A stretch of DNA of 64,000 nucleotides from Macrostomum lignano (lineage: Eukaryota): contig NIVC01001480.1 of NCBI GenBank assembly GCA_002269645.1, forward strand, positions 14,051 to 78,050, written 5' to 3'. The notes beneath the pieces are model-generated. The model was not told the origin of the DNA. It saw nothing but the letters and a program-made list of their open reading frames with translations, and did no database searches. The position numbers and the translations under genes are program-made. Below, in pieces: positions 1 through 24,965 of the stretch (its first letter is position 1; the number at the start of each line of letters is the position of its first letter).

Positions 1-960
1 TTGTTAGACAGAGAGAGCCACTTGTTAGACAGAGAGAGAGAGAGAGCCACTTGTTAGACAGAGAGAGTCATTTGTTAGACAGAGAGAGCCACTTGTTAGA
101 CAGAGAGAGCCACTTGTTAGACAGAGAGAGCCACTTGTTAGACAGAGAGAGCCACTTGTTAGACAGAGAGAGCCACTTGTTAGACAGAGAGAGCCACTTG
201 TTAGACAGAGAGAGCCACTTGTTAGACAGAGAGAGCCACTTGTTAGACAGAGAGAGCCACTTGTTAGACAGAGAGAGAGAGAGAGCCACTTGTTAGACAG
301 AGAGAGAGAGAGAGCCACTTGTTAGACAGAGAGAGCCACTTGTTAGACAGAGAGAGAGAGAGAGCCACTTGTTAGACAGAGAGAGAGAGAGAGCCACTTG
401 TTGGACAGAGAGAGCCACTTGTTAGACAGAGAGAGAGAGAGAGAGCCACTTGTTAGACAGAGAGAGCCACTTGTTAGACAGAGAGAGCCACTTGTTAGAC
501 AGAGAGAGCCACTTGTTAGACAGAGAGAGAGAGAGAGCCACTTGTTAGACAGAGAGAGCCACTTGTTAGACAGAGAGAGCCACTTGTTAGACAGAGAGAG
601 CCACTTGTTAGACAGAGAGAGTCATTTGTTAGACAGAGAGAGCCACTTGTTAGACAGAGAGAGCTACTTGTTAGACAGAGAGAGAGAGAGCCACTTGTTA
701 GACAGAGAGAGCCACTTGTTAGACAGAGAGAGAGAGAGCCACTTGTTAGACAGAGAGAGAGAGAGAGCCACTTGTTAGACAGAGAGAGCCACTTGTTAGA
801 CAGAGAGAGAGCCACTTGTTAGACAGAGAGAGAGCCACTTGTTAGACAGAGAGAGAGCCACTTGTTAGACAGAGAGAGCCACTTGTTAGACAGAGAGAGA
901 GAGAGAGCCACTTGTTAGACAGAGAGAGCCACTTGTTAGACAGACAGAGCCACTTGTTAG
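1..960. repeat. About 22-bp minisatellite (AGAGAGAGCCACTTGTTAGAC with variable AG)
   Basis: Direct tandem repeats. Confidence 0.95.
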
Positions 961-1155
961 ACTGGGAGCAACAGTATATTGTCGATTAAATTGTGGGATT
1001 TCCTTATTTAGCCAAGCGCCTCTGCCACGGAGTTTCCCTTCTGCCAACTGTTGCTATTTTTAGCATCACCGCCCACCACTTCATTCCTCCGCGCAGATCG
1101 ATATCGCTTTTCAAAACATTGGACATTGAACATTGGACAGCAAGCCAGCTGTCCA

Positions 1156-11381
<10,226 letters not shown>

Positions 11382-13570
11382 CATGTGTACTTTTGTAGCT
11401 AATTGTAATGTACTTTAAGATCCAGTAAGTACATGTACTTGTGTAACCAAAGCTTAGGTCTAAGGTCTTACCTAGAACAACATGTACAGTGCCGCTGCAA
11501 CAAATATAGCCAATGCAATTCCATGCAACTAGCGTATATGCACTGTACCATAATAAGCCCCATAACTACTCCATATAGCTACCCCCATAGCTACTCCATG
11601 GCTACCCCTTTGCTACCCCATGGCTACCCCTTTAGCTACCCCTTAGCTACCCCTATGGCTACCCTTATAGCTACCCCCATAGCTACCCCAAGGCTACCCC
11701 CTAGCTAGCCCCATGGCTACCCCTTAGCTACCCCATGGCTACTCCTATAGCTACCCCTTAGCCACCCCTTAGCTACCCCACCCCCAAAGCTACTCTATGG
11801 CTACCCCCTAGCTACCCCTATGGCTACCCTTTTAGCTACCCCAAGGCTACCCCCTAGCTAGCCCCATGGCTACTCCTTAGCTACCCCATGGCTACTCCAA
11901 TAGCTACCCCTTAGCTACCCCGTCCCCAGAGCTACTCTATGGCTACCCCCTAGCTACCCCTATGGCTACCCTTTTAGCTACCCCCTAGCTACTCCCATGG
12001 CTACCCCTTAGCTACTCCCTAGCTAGCCCCATGGCTACCCCCATGGCTTTAGCTACCCCATGGCTACTCCTATAGCTACCCCAATTGGTATTTTAATGGC
12101 CAGTTTGATTTTCTATTTTCAAGTGCGTCTTATTTTTTGTGTTTTGCTTGACACCTTTTGCCTTTATAATTTACAAAAAATATTTGTTTCACTGTAACAA
12201 ACAACTAGACTGTAATGTTTAATTTATTTCAGAACACCAATTCGATTCCTTACTTTAGCCTGATTTGATGCGAAGTTTTTCTCGCTTTTAAGGAAGTTGA
12301 ATGCACATCGGGTATGGCGAAGAGTTATTATTTGCAGTGGAAAAAATGTATAGGCATTATAGTTTTAAGGTTGATACAATGCTGTCTACTATAATACAAC
12401 GATTGATGTTAAGTGTTTTAATGCGAAATTTTCCTCACAAATAACCTTCTTGATAATTTTGAGAGCACCAGACGTACACTACTAATAGTAATTAAAGAGC
12501 CAATTCAGGTACAAATTTGAGATAAAATTGCAAAAAAATTCAATTTTTTACTTCTTCATTTTCACATCTTGGAGCTTTTGTTGAGTGTGAGTTGAATTGA
12601 AGTCAGTTTTTTGGTTTGATCCATCAAATAAATGATTCTGATCAGCAATCTACAGATTCCCATTAATATGACATGTATATTTTTGTGCTGGACAGACAGT
12701 TTTAAACAGAAATCATTAACGAATAGTCACTGACGTTGAGACATTTTATTGCATCAGTTGGAGCAGATGGTCAATCGCAATTTTTCTGGTGATCAGATTA
12801 GCAATCCATTCTAGCCGTGAAATCACATTGGTTAGATTAGCAATCCATTCAAGCCGTGAAATCACATTGGCTAGATTAGCAATTCATTCTAGCCGTGCAA
12901 TCACATTGGCTAGATTAGCAATTCATTCTTTACAATAACCTACATAATATAAATAGCAATTTTATAGTTCATGTAGAATGCAAAGCTAACAACAAATCAA
13001 TGTATTAAAAAAATCTGACTAACAAAATCACAATAGACTGCATAAGTATATATAAATATGAATATATTGATTAATCGGAAAGAAATCAGTGCTGGAGATT
13101 GTTTGAGAACTAGTTAACAAAAAAAACATGCATTTAATTTCAACTTTAAACATGCCGCATACATTTTAATCACAAAGAAAGATAAAAAATCATTTCTGAG
13201 CATAGATTTTCTATGCATTAATATTTTTTTCTTTGCGGTACAAATCGGCAAACCTTTTCTGTATAATTACAATAATAATTTTCGATACATATCGGCTAAC
13301 CCATACTGTATATTAGAATTAAATGTTTCGATACATATCGGCTAAACCATACCGTATAATTAGAATTCAATTTTTCGATACATATCGGCTAACCTATACT
13401 TTATAATTAGAATAATAATTATATGCTAATGTACTTTTCGATACATATCGGCTAAGCAATACTGTATAATTAGAGTAATAACATTTGACGCATAACAGCT
13501 AGCCTATTATACGTCTGTAAAATTTCGATACATATCGGCTAGTATAGAATACAAATTTCCCAGTGAACAG

Positions 13571-16500
13571 TTACGCTTGCTTTCCCAGAGCTGCAGCCAG
13601 AAACTGTCTTTCTTGGCGCACGATTCTATCAACAAGCTGGGTCTCCTCAGTCGTCAGGGTTAGCACCGTTCGGCCTGACTCAGAGTTAATGGCGCTGTAC
13701 ACAGCGCGGAGCAGGCCGCGCGAATCGTATGTAATGTAGGGGCTTAGCAAGTCGTCTAGGATGCGCACGTCTAGATAAGCCTGTCGGATAGAAGAATAGG
13801 GGCGATTTGCAACTCGTGTCAATAATCAAATATAGTTGGCTGGAGATGGGGTAGCGGCAAGATCAAAGAAAGCTGGCTGGAGATGGGGTAGCGGCAAGAT
13901 CAAAGAGAGCTGGCTGGAGATGGGGTAGCGGCAAGATCAAAGAGAGTTGGCTGGAGATGGGGTAGCGGCAAGATCAAATAGAGTTGGCTGGAGATGGGGT
14001 AGCGGCAAGATCAAATAGAGTTGGCTGGAGATGGGGTAGCGGCAAGATCAAAGAGAGTTGGCTGGAGATGGGGTAGCGGCAAGATCAGAGAGAGTTTGCT
14101 GGAGATGGGGTAGCGGCAAGATCAAAGAAAGCTGGCTGGAGATGGGGTAGCGGCAAGATCAGAGAGTTGGCTGAAGATGGGGTAGCGGCAAGATCAAAGA
14201 GAGCTGGCTGAAGATGGGGTAGCGGCAAGATGAAAGAGAGCTGGCTGGAGATTGGGTAGCGGCAAGATCAAAGAGAGTTTGCTGGAGATGGGGTAGCGGC
14301 AAGATCAAAGAGAGTTGGCTGGAGATTGGGTAGCGGCAAGATCAAAGAGAGCTGGCTGGAGATGGGGTAGCGGCAAGATCAAAGAAAGCTGGCTGGAGAT
14401 GGGGTAGCGGCAAGATGAAAGAGAGCTGGCTGAAGATGGGGTAGCGGCAAGATGAAAGAGAGCTGGCTGGAGATTGGGTAGCGGCAAGATCAAAGAGAGT
14501 TTGCTGGAGATGGGGTAGCGGCAAGATCAAAGAGAGTTGGCTGGAGATTGGGTAGCGGCAAGATCAAAGAGAGCTGGCTGGAGATGGGGTAGCGGCAAGA
14601 TCAAAGAAAGCTGGCTGGAGATGGGGTAGCGGCAAGATCAAAGAGAGTTTGCTGGAGATGGGGTAGCGGCAAGATCAAAGAGAGCTGGCTGGAGATTGGG
14701 TAGCGGCAAGATCAAAGAGAGCTGGCTGGAGATGGGGTAGCGGCAAGATCAAAGAAAGCTGGCTGGAGATGGGGTAGCGGCAAGATCAAAGAGAGTTTGC
14801 TGGAGATGGGGTAGCGGCAAGATCAAAGAGAGCTGGCTGGAGATGGGGTAGCGGCAAGATCAATTAGAGTTGGCTCGTGATGGGGTAGCGGCAAGATCAA
14901 TTAGAGTTGGCTGGAGATGGGGTAGCGGCAAGATCAATTAGAGTTGGCTGGAGATGGGGTAGCGTCAAGATCAAATAGAGTTGGCTGGAGATGGGGTAGC
15001 GGCAAGATCAAATAGAGTTGGCTGGAGATGGGGTAGCGGCAAGATCAAAGAGAGTTGGCTGGAGATGGGGTAGCGGCAAGATCAAAGAGAGTTGGCTGGA
15101 GATGGGGTAGCGGCAAGATCAAATAGAGTTGGCTGGAGATGGGGTAGCGGCAAGATCAAAGAGAGTTGGCTGGAGATGGGGTAGCGGCAAGATCAGAGAG
15201 TTGGCTGAAGATGGGGTAGCGGCAAGATCAAAGAGAGCTGGCTGAAGATGGGGTAGCGGCAAGATGAAAGAGAGCTGGCTGGAGATGGGGTAGCGGCAAG
15301 ATCAAAGAGAGTTGGCTGGAGATGGGGTAGCGGCAAGATCAAACATTAAGGGTGAAATGAAAACAGCCGAAAAAGATTCTATTAATTAAAATCTAAAATC
15401 ACCTGCAGCCGGCCATTGCGACACCAGGCAGTCACGGAGGTGAAGCACCTGTGCAGCTCTTGAACTAGCAGACCCACCACCTGCTTCAGCACGTCCTCAG
15501 CGTAAGCCCGACCGCCAACAAGCACGGATTGCTGCTGCAGTTGCTGCTGCTTTTGGCTCTCATCGGTGGTCGCAGTTAAAAAGCCGCCGCTGATCTCCGC
15601 CAGCACCTCGCCAACGGAGTGCAGCGCGTCGCGCACGTACAGACGAGGCGCTGCGGGTGGCGCGCACCTTGCCCAGGTGAAACCGGCGCGTAGCATTTTT
15701 GCTTCTAGGGGACCGTAGATTGCCCGGGCTTTCTCTTCGACGTAAGCGGCTTTGAGCTCGTCTAGGAAGGCGTCGTAGTAAGCGTTCACCACTGCGGCCA
15801 TCGACTCCAGGCCTGGCGGGGTGGAAATGGCGACACGGCGAGGGTGAAAATGGCGGTATGGCGAGAGTGAAAATGGCGACACGGCGAGGGTGGAAATGGC
15901 GGTATGGCGAGAGTGAAAATGGCGACACGGCGAGGGTAGAAATAGCGACAGTTGAAATGGCGACACGGCGAGGGTAGAAATAGCGACAGTTGAAATGGCG
16001 ACACGGCGAGGGTAGAAATAGCGACAGTTGAAATGGCGACACGGCGAAGGTGGAAATAGCACACATAAACAAAGAGCTTTACCCTCGTGACCCTCCGCCC
16101 GCAGCGAAGCTAGAATCCTCCTATTGGGATGCCGATAAGCGAAGCTGGCGTCGCACTGCACAGCCAGCAGGCGGCTGCACTGCTGAGTGGTCGGCTGCTG
16201 CTGCAATGGCTGCTGCGAAGAGCCGGTAGTCAACGAGGCGACGCCGGAGACGGAAGCCGACGAGGCAACCGAAGGCGAGGCGGCTACGGCGCGGAGCTGC
16301 TTGCGTAGCCGGTCGCAAAAGCTGCACATCAGGGTTGACACGGCGGCGCGGATATGCGGGCCCCAGCGAACTCGGGTGACCTGGGAATGCAGGTTGAGTC
16401 AAGCTGGATTAAAGATGATCTGCTAGCACAGGAGTTGGCAAACTCCGGCCCGTGGGCTCAATGCGGCCAGCCAAGCCTCTCTATATGGCCCGCTCTGTTG

Positions 16501-16697
16501 CTCAAGGTTTATGTCTCTTCGCGGCTCACTTTCACTTCTCTTCTCTCTTCTCTTTCTCCTCTTATCTCTCTTCTCTCATCTCGTCAATCATCTTTTACTA
16601 CTAATAATAATGCTACTACTAATGGTACTACTACTACTACTACCACTGCTACTACCACTACTATTGCTACCACTAATAATAATGCTACTACTAATGG

Positions 16698-16728
<31 letters not shown>

Positions 16729-16756
16729 GCTACTACCACTACTGCTACTACTACTG

Positions 16757-16788
<32 letters not shown>

Positions 16789-16846
16789 GCTACTACTACT
16801 GCTACTACTACTACTACTACTAATACTACTACTGCTACTACTACTG

Positions 16847-16884
<38 letters not shown>

Positions 16885-18435
16885 GCTACTACCACTACTG
16901 CTACTACTCACCTCGAACGGCAGCTCAATTTCGTTAGCCGAGTGCAGGCATTCGGCCAGCAGAGTTAGAAAATCGTTCACTAATTTTTCGTACACCAACG
17001 GCAGCTGACTGTGCGACCCGTCCGCCGTGGCCGAAGCAGCCGACGCTCCGGACGGCACCGGCCAGTCGTCCGAGCCACGCAAGCCGGCCACCTCGGCCGC
17101 GTATTGGCGCTTTAGCCGACTCAAATAGCGCAACCTGAGCCGGGAGGTCAGCCTAGCCAGCTGCTTGGCCGCCTCAGGACCGACCAGTTGCGGCGACACC
17201 CCGGCCAGATTCTGCCGCATCGCCCGACACTCAGCGCCGGCGTCGTCGATTTTAGTTGACTGCTGCTGCTGTTGCTTATCCTCGTCATTGTCGGCGCCGG
17301 CGTCTCCGTAATCATCGATCTCGTCTATATTGCTAATCTCTTCATCGTCATAATCGTCTTCAGTGGCAGCAGAAGAAGCAGAATCTTCGCCAGCTAACCG
17401 GAGCCGGCTTCGCTGCAGATTAACCCAGCTAATCGCCAGGTCACCAAGCGGATCTGTGCCGCTGCCGATGCCGCCGATGCCAGCCTGCTGCAGTTCGCCA
17501 ATCAGCCTGGCATAGTGGCGAAGAAACTCGCCAAGCGGACGGCGTCGCCACCAGCCGGCCAAGTAGCGCTGCCTCAGGTAGGCTAAACTATCCTCAGCGG
17601 CTTTGGCTGCGCCGAGTCTCTGCAGCTGCCTGACTAAATAGGCGTGCTGATCCACTGGCAGGGGGCCGTCCGACTGAGCAGCGGACGCTGAGCCGTGACT
17701 GCTGCTATCATCGTCAAGCTGCTGCTGCTGCTGCTGCTGAGGCGTCGGCGGCATCAGCCGGTTGAGCAGCTGTCTGCGCAGCACCGTTGCTCGCGATTCT
17801 ACCTGCGGTACGATTTTGAGTTTAACATCATTTCGATACATATCGGTAAGTAGTACATTATTTTTACAGCTAACTACTGCTCAAAGCAATTCTGCCCATT
17901 CCGTTGACTCCTAAGCACATACAAGCGCATGAATGAACGAGCTGAAGCAATACAGAGTTAAGTGCCTTGCACAACGACACCATTTGTTCCAGTGGGATCG
18001 GGAAACGAACCCTCGACCTTCAAGACGCGAGTCCGACGCTCTAACCACTAGGCTACAACCCCTAATAAACTGACTAACAAACAAGCTGACTAAGTAACCA
18101 ACTACGAGCGTAACTAACTAACTAATTAACTAATCAACCAACAAACTAACTAACTAACTGAGTAACTAGCTATCTAACTAACTAACTAGCTAACTAACTA
18201 ACTAGCTAACCAACCAACCAACTAGCTAACTAACTAACTAACTGACTAACTAACTAACCAACTAACTAACTAGCTAACTAACTGAGTAACTAGCTATCTA
18301 ACTAACTAACTAACTAACTAACTAACTGAGTAACTAGCTATCTAACTAACTGACTAACTAACTAAATAACTAACTAACTAACTAAATAACTAGCTAACTA
18401 ACTAACTAGCTAACTAACTAACTAGCTAACCAACC

Positions 18436-18471
<36 letters not shown>

Positions 18472-18472
18472 G

Positions 18473-18515
<43 letters not shown>

Positions 18516-21500
18516 GACTAACTAACTAACTAACTAACTGACTGACTAACTAACTAACTGACTGACTGACTAACTAACTAACTAGCTAACTAACTGAGTA
18601 ACTAGCTATCTAACTAACTAACTGACTAACTAACTAACTAACCAACTAACTAACTAACTAGCTAACTAACTGAGTAACTAACTAACTAACCAACTAACTA
18701 ACTAACTAGCTAACTAACTGAGTAACTAGCTATCTAACTAACTAACTAACTACCTACCTACCTAACTAACCAGCTAACAAGGCAAATCGCAAGACACAGA
18801 AAAAACAAACCTGCTCCCAAACTCGCAGAAAAGTCGGCACCCGAGTTGAGCCGTAGCGCGCCTTGCCGCGCAGGTATTCGTCAATAGCCAGCTTGTGATT
18901 GCCAGCTCGCATGTGGGCATCCAGCACGCCAGGCAGGTTGAACAGGCCCCTGGATTTCTCCATCACGTGAATCGCATTCCTCAGGGTGTCGGTGTGATCT
19001 TTGCGATTCAGAGCCGCTTGGAACAGTTCCCCAGCGATCCGATTGCAGTCGCGCAGCAGCCGCTGCGTGTCCAGACAGTGCGACTGCAGCTGGCTTTGCT
19101 CTTGCTCGGCTACGCGGCGAAGGCTGTCGAGCTCGTCCAGGCCCTGGACAGCACAGTGGAGGATAGTCATTGGATGATAGTCATTGGATGGTAGTCATTG
19201 GATGGTAGTCATTGGAGGATAGTCATTGGAGGATAGTCATTGGAGGATAGTCATTGGAGGATAGTCATTGGAGGATAGTCATTGGAGGATAGTCATTGGA
19301 GGATAGTCATTGGATGGTAGTCATTGGATGGTAGTCATTGGAGGATAGTCATTGGAGGATAGAGAACATTTATCAATAGCATCTGAATAATCAAGAGCCA
19401 GGTTTTTAAGGTCAAATATATCGGTTGGGAACATACGGAGAATCGTAGAGAGACGGTGGGGATCCGGAGAGGGACAGGTGGAGATCCGAAAAGAGACAGG
19501 TGGGGATCCGGAGAGAGACAGGTGGGGATCCGGAGAGGGACAGGTGGGGATCCGAAAAGGGACATGTGGAGATCCGAAAAGGGACAGGTGGGGATTCGGA
19601 GAAGGACAGGTGGGGATCCGGAGAGGGACAGGTGGGGATCCGGAGAGGGACAGGTGGGGATCCGGAGAGGGACAGGTGGGGATCCGGAGAGAGACAGGTG
19701 GGGATCCGGAGAAGGACAGGTGGGGATCTGGAGACAGACAGGTGGGGATCCGGAGAAGGACAGGTGGGGATCCGGAGAGGGACAGGTGGGGATCCGGAAG
19801 AAACAGTCTTTGAGCGTGTTTGGGGAAGAAACAGGTGAGATTAGGAAAGGAACACGAACAGGAATCCTAGAATGGGGACCTGTTAAGTCGTTAAAAGGTG
19901 GCATAAAAAGGTAAATAAACTGTGAACTTGAAATCACCTTAAACACATCGTTGAGATGCGGCTTCAGAAATCCCACAGCTTGGGCGGGATCGGCACTAAC
20001 GCTGGTCCGCAGGCTGCGCACCTCCCGATCCAGATCTGGCGCCGATTTGCCCTGATAATTAGCCAGCAGGAATTTCACCGGATCGAAATCGGCGCTGAGT
20101 AGGTCGGCGCTCGGGTCGCCGGCGGCTGAGACAGACGATGAAGCGGAGCCAGCGACTGCGGCGGCAGACTCGGATGCTGAGCGATCGCGGCGGGGATCAA
20201 CCACTGAACCGGCGCTTGTGCTCGATGGCTTTAGCTCCTGAGTCTGGGAGAGTTAGGGGGGGGGAGGTGGGATTGACTTGGAAGAATGAAGATCCAGAGT
20301 CAAGGATGCAGATTCAGTGACTCAGGGATGCAGATTCAGTATCTCAGGGATGCAGATTCAGTATCTCAGGAATGCAGATTCAGTATCTCAGGGATGCAGA
20401 TTCAGTATCTCAAGGATGCAGATTCAGTATCTCAAGGTTGCAGATTCAGTATCTCAGGGTTGCAGATTCAGTATCTCAGGGATGCAGATTCAGTATCTCA
20501 AGGTTGCAGATTCAGTATCTCAGGGATGCAGATTCAGTATCTCAGGAATGCAGATTCAGTATCTCAGGGATGCAGATTCAGTATCTCAAGGATGCAGATT
20601 CAGTGACTCAAGGATGCAGATTCAGTGACTCAGGTATGCACATTCAGTGACTCAGGGATGCAGATTCAGTGACTCAAGGATGCAGATTCAGTGACTCAGG
20701 TATGCAGATTCAGTATCTCAGGGATGCAGATTCAGTATCTCAGGGATGCAGATTCAGTATCTCAGGGATGCAGATTCAGTATCTCAAGGTTGCTGATTCA
20801 GTATCTCAGGGATGCAGATTCAGTATCTCAGGGATGCAGATTCAGTATCTCAGGGATGCAGATTCAGTGTCTCAGGGATGCAGATTCAGTATCTCAGGGA
20901 TGCAGATTCAGTATCTCAGGGATGCAGATTCAGTATCTCAGGGATGCAGATTCAGTATCTCAGGGATGCAGATTCAGTATCTCAAGGTTGCTGATTCAGT
21001 ATCTCAGGGATGCAGATTCAGTATCTCAGGGATGCAGATTCAGTATCTCAGGGATGCAGATTCAGTATCTCAAGGTTGCTGATTCAGTATCTCAGGGATG
21101 CAGATTCAGTATCTCAGGGATGCAGATTCAGTATCTCAGGGATGCAGATTCAGTGTCTCAGGGATGCAGATTCAGTATCTCAGGGATGCAGATTCAGTAT
21201 CTCAGGGATGCAGATTCAGTATCTCAGGGATGCAGATTCAGTATCTCAGGGATGCAGATTCAGTATCTCAGGGATGCAGATTCAGTGTCTCAGGGATGCA
21301 GATTCAGTATCTCAGGGATGCAGATTCAGTATCTCAGGGATGCAGATTCAGTATCTCAAGGTTGCTGATTCAGTATCTCAGGGATGCAGATTCAGTATCT
21401 CAGGGATGCAGATTCAGTATCTCAGGGATGCAGATTCAGTATCTCAGGGATGCAGATTCAGTGTCTCAGGGATGCAGATTCAGTATCTCAGGGATGCAGA

Positions 21501-22565
21501 TTCAGTATCTCAGGGATGCAGATTCAGTATCTCAGGGATGCAGATTCAGTGTCTCAGGGATGCAGATTCAGTATCTCAGGGATGCAGATTCAGTGACTCA
21601 GGTATGCAGATTCAGTGACTCAGGGATGCAGATTCAGTGTCTCAGGGATGCAGATTCAGTATCTCAGGAATGCAGATTCAGTATCTCAGGGATGCAGATT
21701 CAGTATCTCAAGGATGCAGATTCAGTATCTCAAGGTTGCAGATTCAGTATCTCAGGGTTGCAGATTCAGTATCTCAGGGATGCAGGTTCAGTGACTCAGG
21801 GATGCAGGTTCAGTGACTCAGGGATGCAGATTCAGTGACTCAGGGATGCAAATTCAGTGACTCAAGGATGCAGATTCAGTGACTCAGGGATGCAAATTCA
21901 GTGACTCAGGGATGCAGATTCAGTATCTCAGGGTTGCAGGTTCAGTGACTCAGGGATGCAAATTCAGTGACTCAAGGATGCAGATTCAGTGACTTTGCAG
22001 TGTCTTTAAAACACGTATTTAGTGTCTCGAAGCCAAATTTCGGCAAATTTCTCGGGATTCAGAAACAAAAATTTAGTAACTCAATAATCAAGAGACAGGT
22101 ATTCAAAGTCATCTATATACATGTATAGTGAATTTAAAATATTAATAACGCGGATCTACTACCTGAAGAACCGAAGCACATGTTTACAATGAAAAAACTT
22201 GAATCAAATCACCTACTAACCTCAAACAGACTCTTGTCGGTCTCGGGCCAAACAGACCATTCGTCGCACAAACCCACACTGAGCGCTTCAACAGTGAACT
22301 CAACCAGGCAGTTACACTTGACTCTCTCGCCCTTCTCATTACCTAGAACTAGTACAATGGCACCAGGGCCAAGTCTAGTCTGACCAGATATGGCCACAAT
22401 TTTCTTTGAACTTTTCCATTCGGCCCACAGTGTACAGTCGAAGCCGCAGATGTACAGTGCCACGATGCTATCTTGCGAGCTGCCTAAATAAGTTCCACGA
22501 ATTGTCACGGCAGTGCCTGGTGGGCCACTGCGCGGTGAAATACCATTGATATCTGGCGATGACAT
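13571..22565 (-). CDS. EXOC2: Exocyst complex component 2 (Sec5); exons 22221-22565, 19938-20243, 18811-19143, 16912-17802, 16083-16380, 15403-15812, 13571-13780 (about 930 aa)
   Basis: N-terminal IPT domain (GISPRSGPPGTAVTIRGTYLG...ICGFDC..AEWKSSKKI) and Sec5 core (LNRKDHTDTLRNAIHVMEKSRGLFNLP). All seven exons join in frame through GT-AG sites. Confidence 0.9.
13835..15343. repeat. 37-bp minisatellite
   Basis: Direct tandem repeats in the last EXOC2 intron. Confidence 0.95.
16600..21995. repeat. EXOC2 intronic repeats: (CTA)n 16600-16908, (TAAC)n 18065-18760, 14-bp 19160-19360, 22-bp 19450-19800, 22-bp 20290-21995
   Basis: Direct tandem repeats. Confidence 0.9.
17870..18060 (-). mobile_element. 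tRNA-derived SINE in an EXOC2 intron
   Basis: A box TAGCCTAGTGG, B box GGTTCGTTTCC, then a CORE-like GCAAGGCACTTAACTC segment. Confidence 0.65.
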
Positions 22566-22679
22566 GAAAATTAGCACCAAATCAATCATCATTATTCGAG
22601 TTTTATAGGCTCGTGCACTGTTAATTATTGCCTAGTTGCTAATAAAACAAGTTTAAAAATCCTATACAACAGGCATGAA

Positions 22680-24692
22680 AAGAGCAAATAAAAATCTTTT
22701 AGCACTGATCAGTTTGTAAATTATTTTGTAGGATCTATCAAATAAAAATCTTTTAGCACTGATCAGTTTGTAAATAATATTGTAGGATCTATCAAATAAA
22801 AAGCTTTTAGCACTGATCAGTTTGTAAATAATATTGTAGGATCTATCAAATAAAAAGCTTTTAGCACTGATCAGTTTGTAAATAATATTGTAGGATCTAT
22901 CAAATAAAAAGCTTTTAGCACTGATCAGTTTGTAAATAATTTTGTAGGATCTATCAAATAAAAAGCTTTTAGCACTGATCAGTTTGTAAATAATTTTGTA
23001 GGATCTATCAAATAAAAAGCTTTTAGCACTGATCAGTTTGTAAATTATTTTGTAGGATCTATCAAATAAAAATCTTTTAGCACTGATCAGTTTGTAAATA
23101 ATATTGTAGGATCTATCAAATAAAAATCTTTTAGCACTGATCAGTTTGTAAATAATATTGTAGGATCTATCAAATAAAAATCTTTTAGCACTGATCAGTT
23201 TGTAAATAATATTGTAGGATCTATCAAATAAAAAGCTTTTAGCACTGATCAGTTTGTAAATAATATTGTAGGATCTATCAAATAAAAAGCTTTTAGCACT
23301 GATCAGTTTGTAAATAATTTTGTAGGATCTATCAAATAAAAAGCTTTTAGCACTGATCAGTTTGTAAATAATTTTGTAGGATCTATCAAATAAAAATCTT
23401 TTAGCACTGATCAGTTTGTAAATAATTTTGTAGGATCTATCAAATAAAAAGCTTTTAGCACTGATCAGTTTGTAAATTATTTTGTAGGATCTATCAAATA
23501 AAAAGCTTTTAGCACTGATCAGTTTGTAAATAATATTGTAGGATCTATCAAATAAAAATCTTTTAGCACTGATCAGTTTGTAAATAATATTGTAGGATCT
23601 ATCAAATAAAAAGCTTTTAGCACTGATCAGTTTGTAAATAATATTGTAGGATCTATCAAATAAAAAGCTTTTAGCACTGATCAGTTTGTAAATAATTTTG
23701 TAGGATCTATCAAATAAAAAGCTTTTAGCACTGATCAGTTTGTAAATAATTTTGTAGGATCTATCAAATAAAAATCTTTTAGCACTGATCAGTTTGTAAA
23801 TAATTTTGTAGGATCTATCAAATAAAAAGCTTTTAGCACTGATCAGTTTGTAAATAATTTTGTAGGATCTATCAAATAAAAAGCTTTTAGCACTGATCAG
23901 TTTGTAAATAATTTTGTAGGATCTATCAAATAAAAAGCTTTTAGCACTGATCAGTTTGTAAATAATTTTGTAGGATCTATCAAATAAAAATCTTTTAGCA
24001 CTGATCAATTTGTAAATAATTTTGTAGGATCTATCAAATAAAAAGCTTTTAGCACTGATCAGTTTGTAAATAATATTGTAGGATCTATCAAATAAAAAGC
24101 TTTTAGCACTGATCAGTTTGTAAATAATTTTGTAGGATCTATCAAATAAAAATCTTTTAGCACTGATCAGTTTGTAAATAATTTTGTAGGATCTATCAAA
24201 TAAAAATCTTTTAGCACTGATCAGTTTGTAAATAATATTGTAGGATCTATCAAATAAAAGCTTTTAGCACTGATCAATTTGTAAATAATTTTGTAGGATC
24301 TATCAAATAAAAATCTTTTAGCACTGATCAGTTTGTAAATAATTTTGTAGGATCTATCAAATAAAAAGCTTTTAGCACTGATCAGTTTGTAAATAATTTT
24401 GTAGGATCTATCAAATAAAAAGCTTTTAGCACTGATCAGTTTGTAAATTATTTTGTAGGATCTATCAAATAAAAATCTTTTAGCACTGATCAGTTTGTAA
24501 GTAATTTTGTAGGATCTATCAAATAAAAAGCTTTTAGCACTGATCAGTTTGTAAATAATTTTGTAGGATCTATCAAATAAAAAGCTTTTAGCACTGATCA
24601 GTTTGTAAATAATTTTGTAGGATCTATCAAATAAAAAGCTTTTAGCACTGATCAGTTGGTAAATAATTTTGTAGGATCTATCAAATAAAAGC
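22680..24692. repeat. 54-bp AT-rich satellite, about 37 copies
   Basis: Near-identical tandem units upstream of EXOC2. Confidence 0.95.
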
Positions 24693-24727
24693 TAGGCAAG
24701 GCATAGACCAAAAAAGTTCAGATATTG

Positions 24728-24965
24728 CAATGAAAGCAGGCCATAGTCTAGTGGTCTAGTGCAGCACTCTGATGTGCCAGCGGCCCAGGCTCGATTCCAA
24801 GTGCAGGTACACTAATTTGGGGCTAAATTAGAATCTCAGTTAGGCTCTGCGCATGCAATTGATGCCTTTGAAGGCCAACCCCCAAGGCACAGTGAAGTGT
24901 ACATGCCTAACGATAAATATAAGTTAGGGCCGCTGTACACTCCTGTGTGAGTGTGTGCCTGTGCA
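24728..24965 (+). mobile_element. Probable SINE; its 3' domain recurs at about 37995-38090 (+) and 43951-44025 (-)
   Basis: A box TAGTCTAGTGG and B box GGCTCGATTCC. Shared motif GTACATGCCT.A.GAT...TGTACAC.C.TGT in three places. Confidence 0.55.

Noticed and set aside
16588-16908. Poly-Ser, poly-Thr or poly-Leu protein tails
   Set aside because: This is a (CTA)n microsatellite just inside an EXOC2 intron, after the GAG|GTGAGT donor at 16912/16911.
22662-24692. 54-bp array as a CRISPR array or a 448-aa protein
   Set aside because: Contiguous near-identical units with no unique spacers and no cas genes, in a eukaryotic context. The ORF is a repeat artefact.
24728-24800. Functional tRNA gene
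   Set aside because: A and B boxes are present, but the acceptor and anticodon stems do not pair well, and it runs into a dispersed repeat. A SINE head is more likely.
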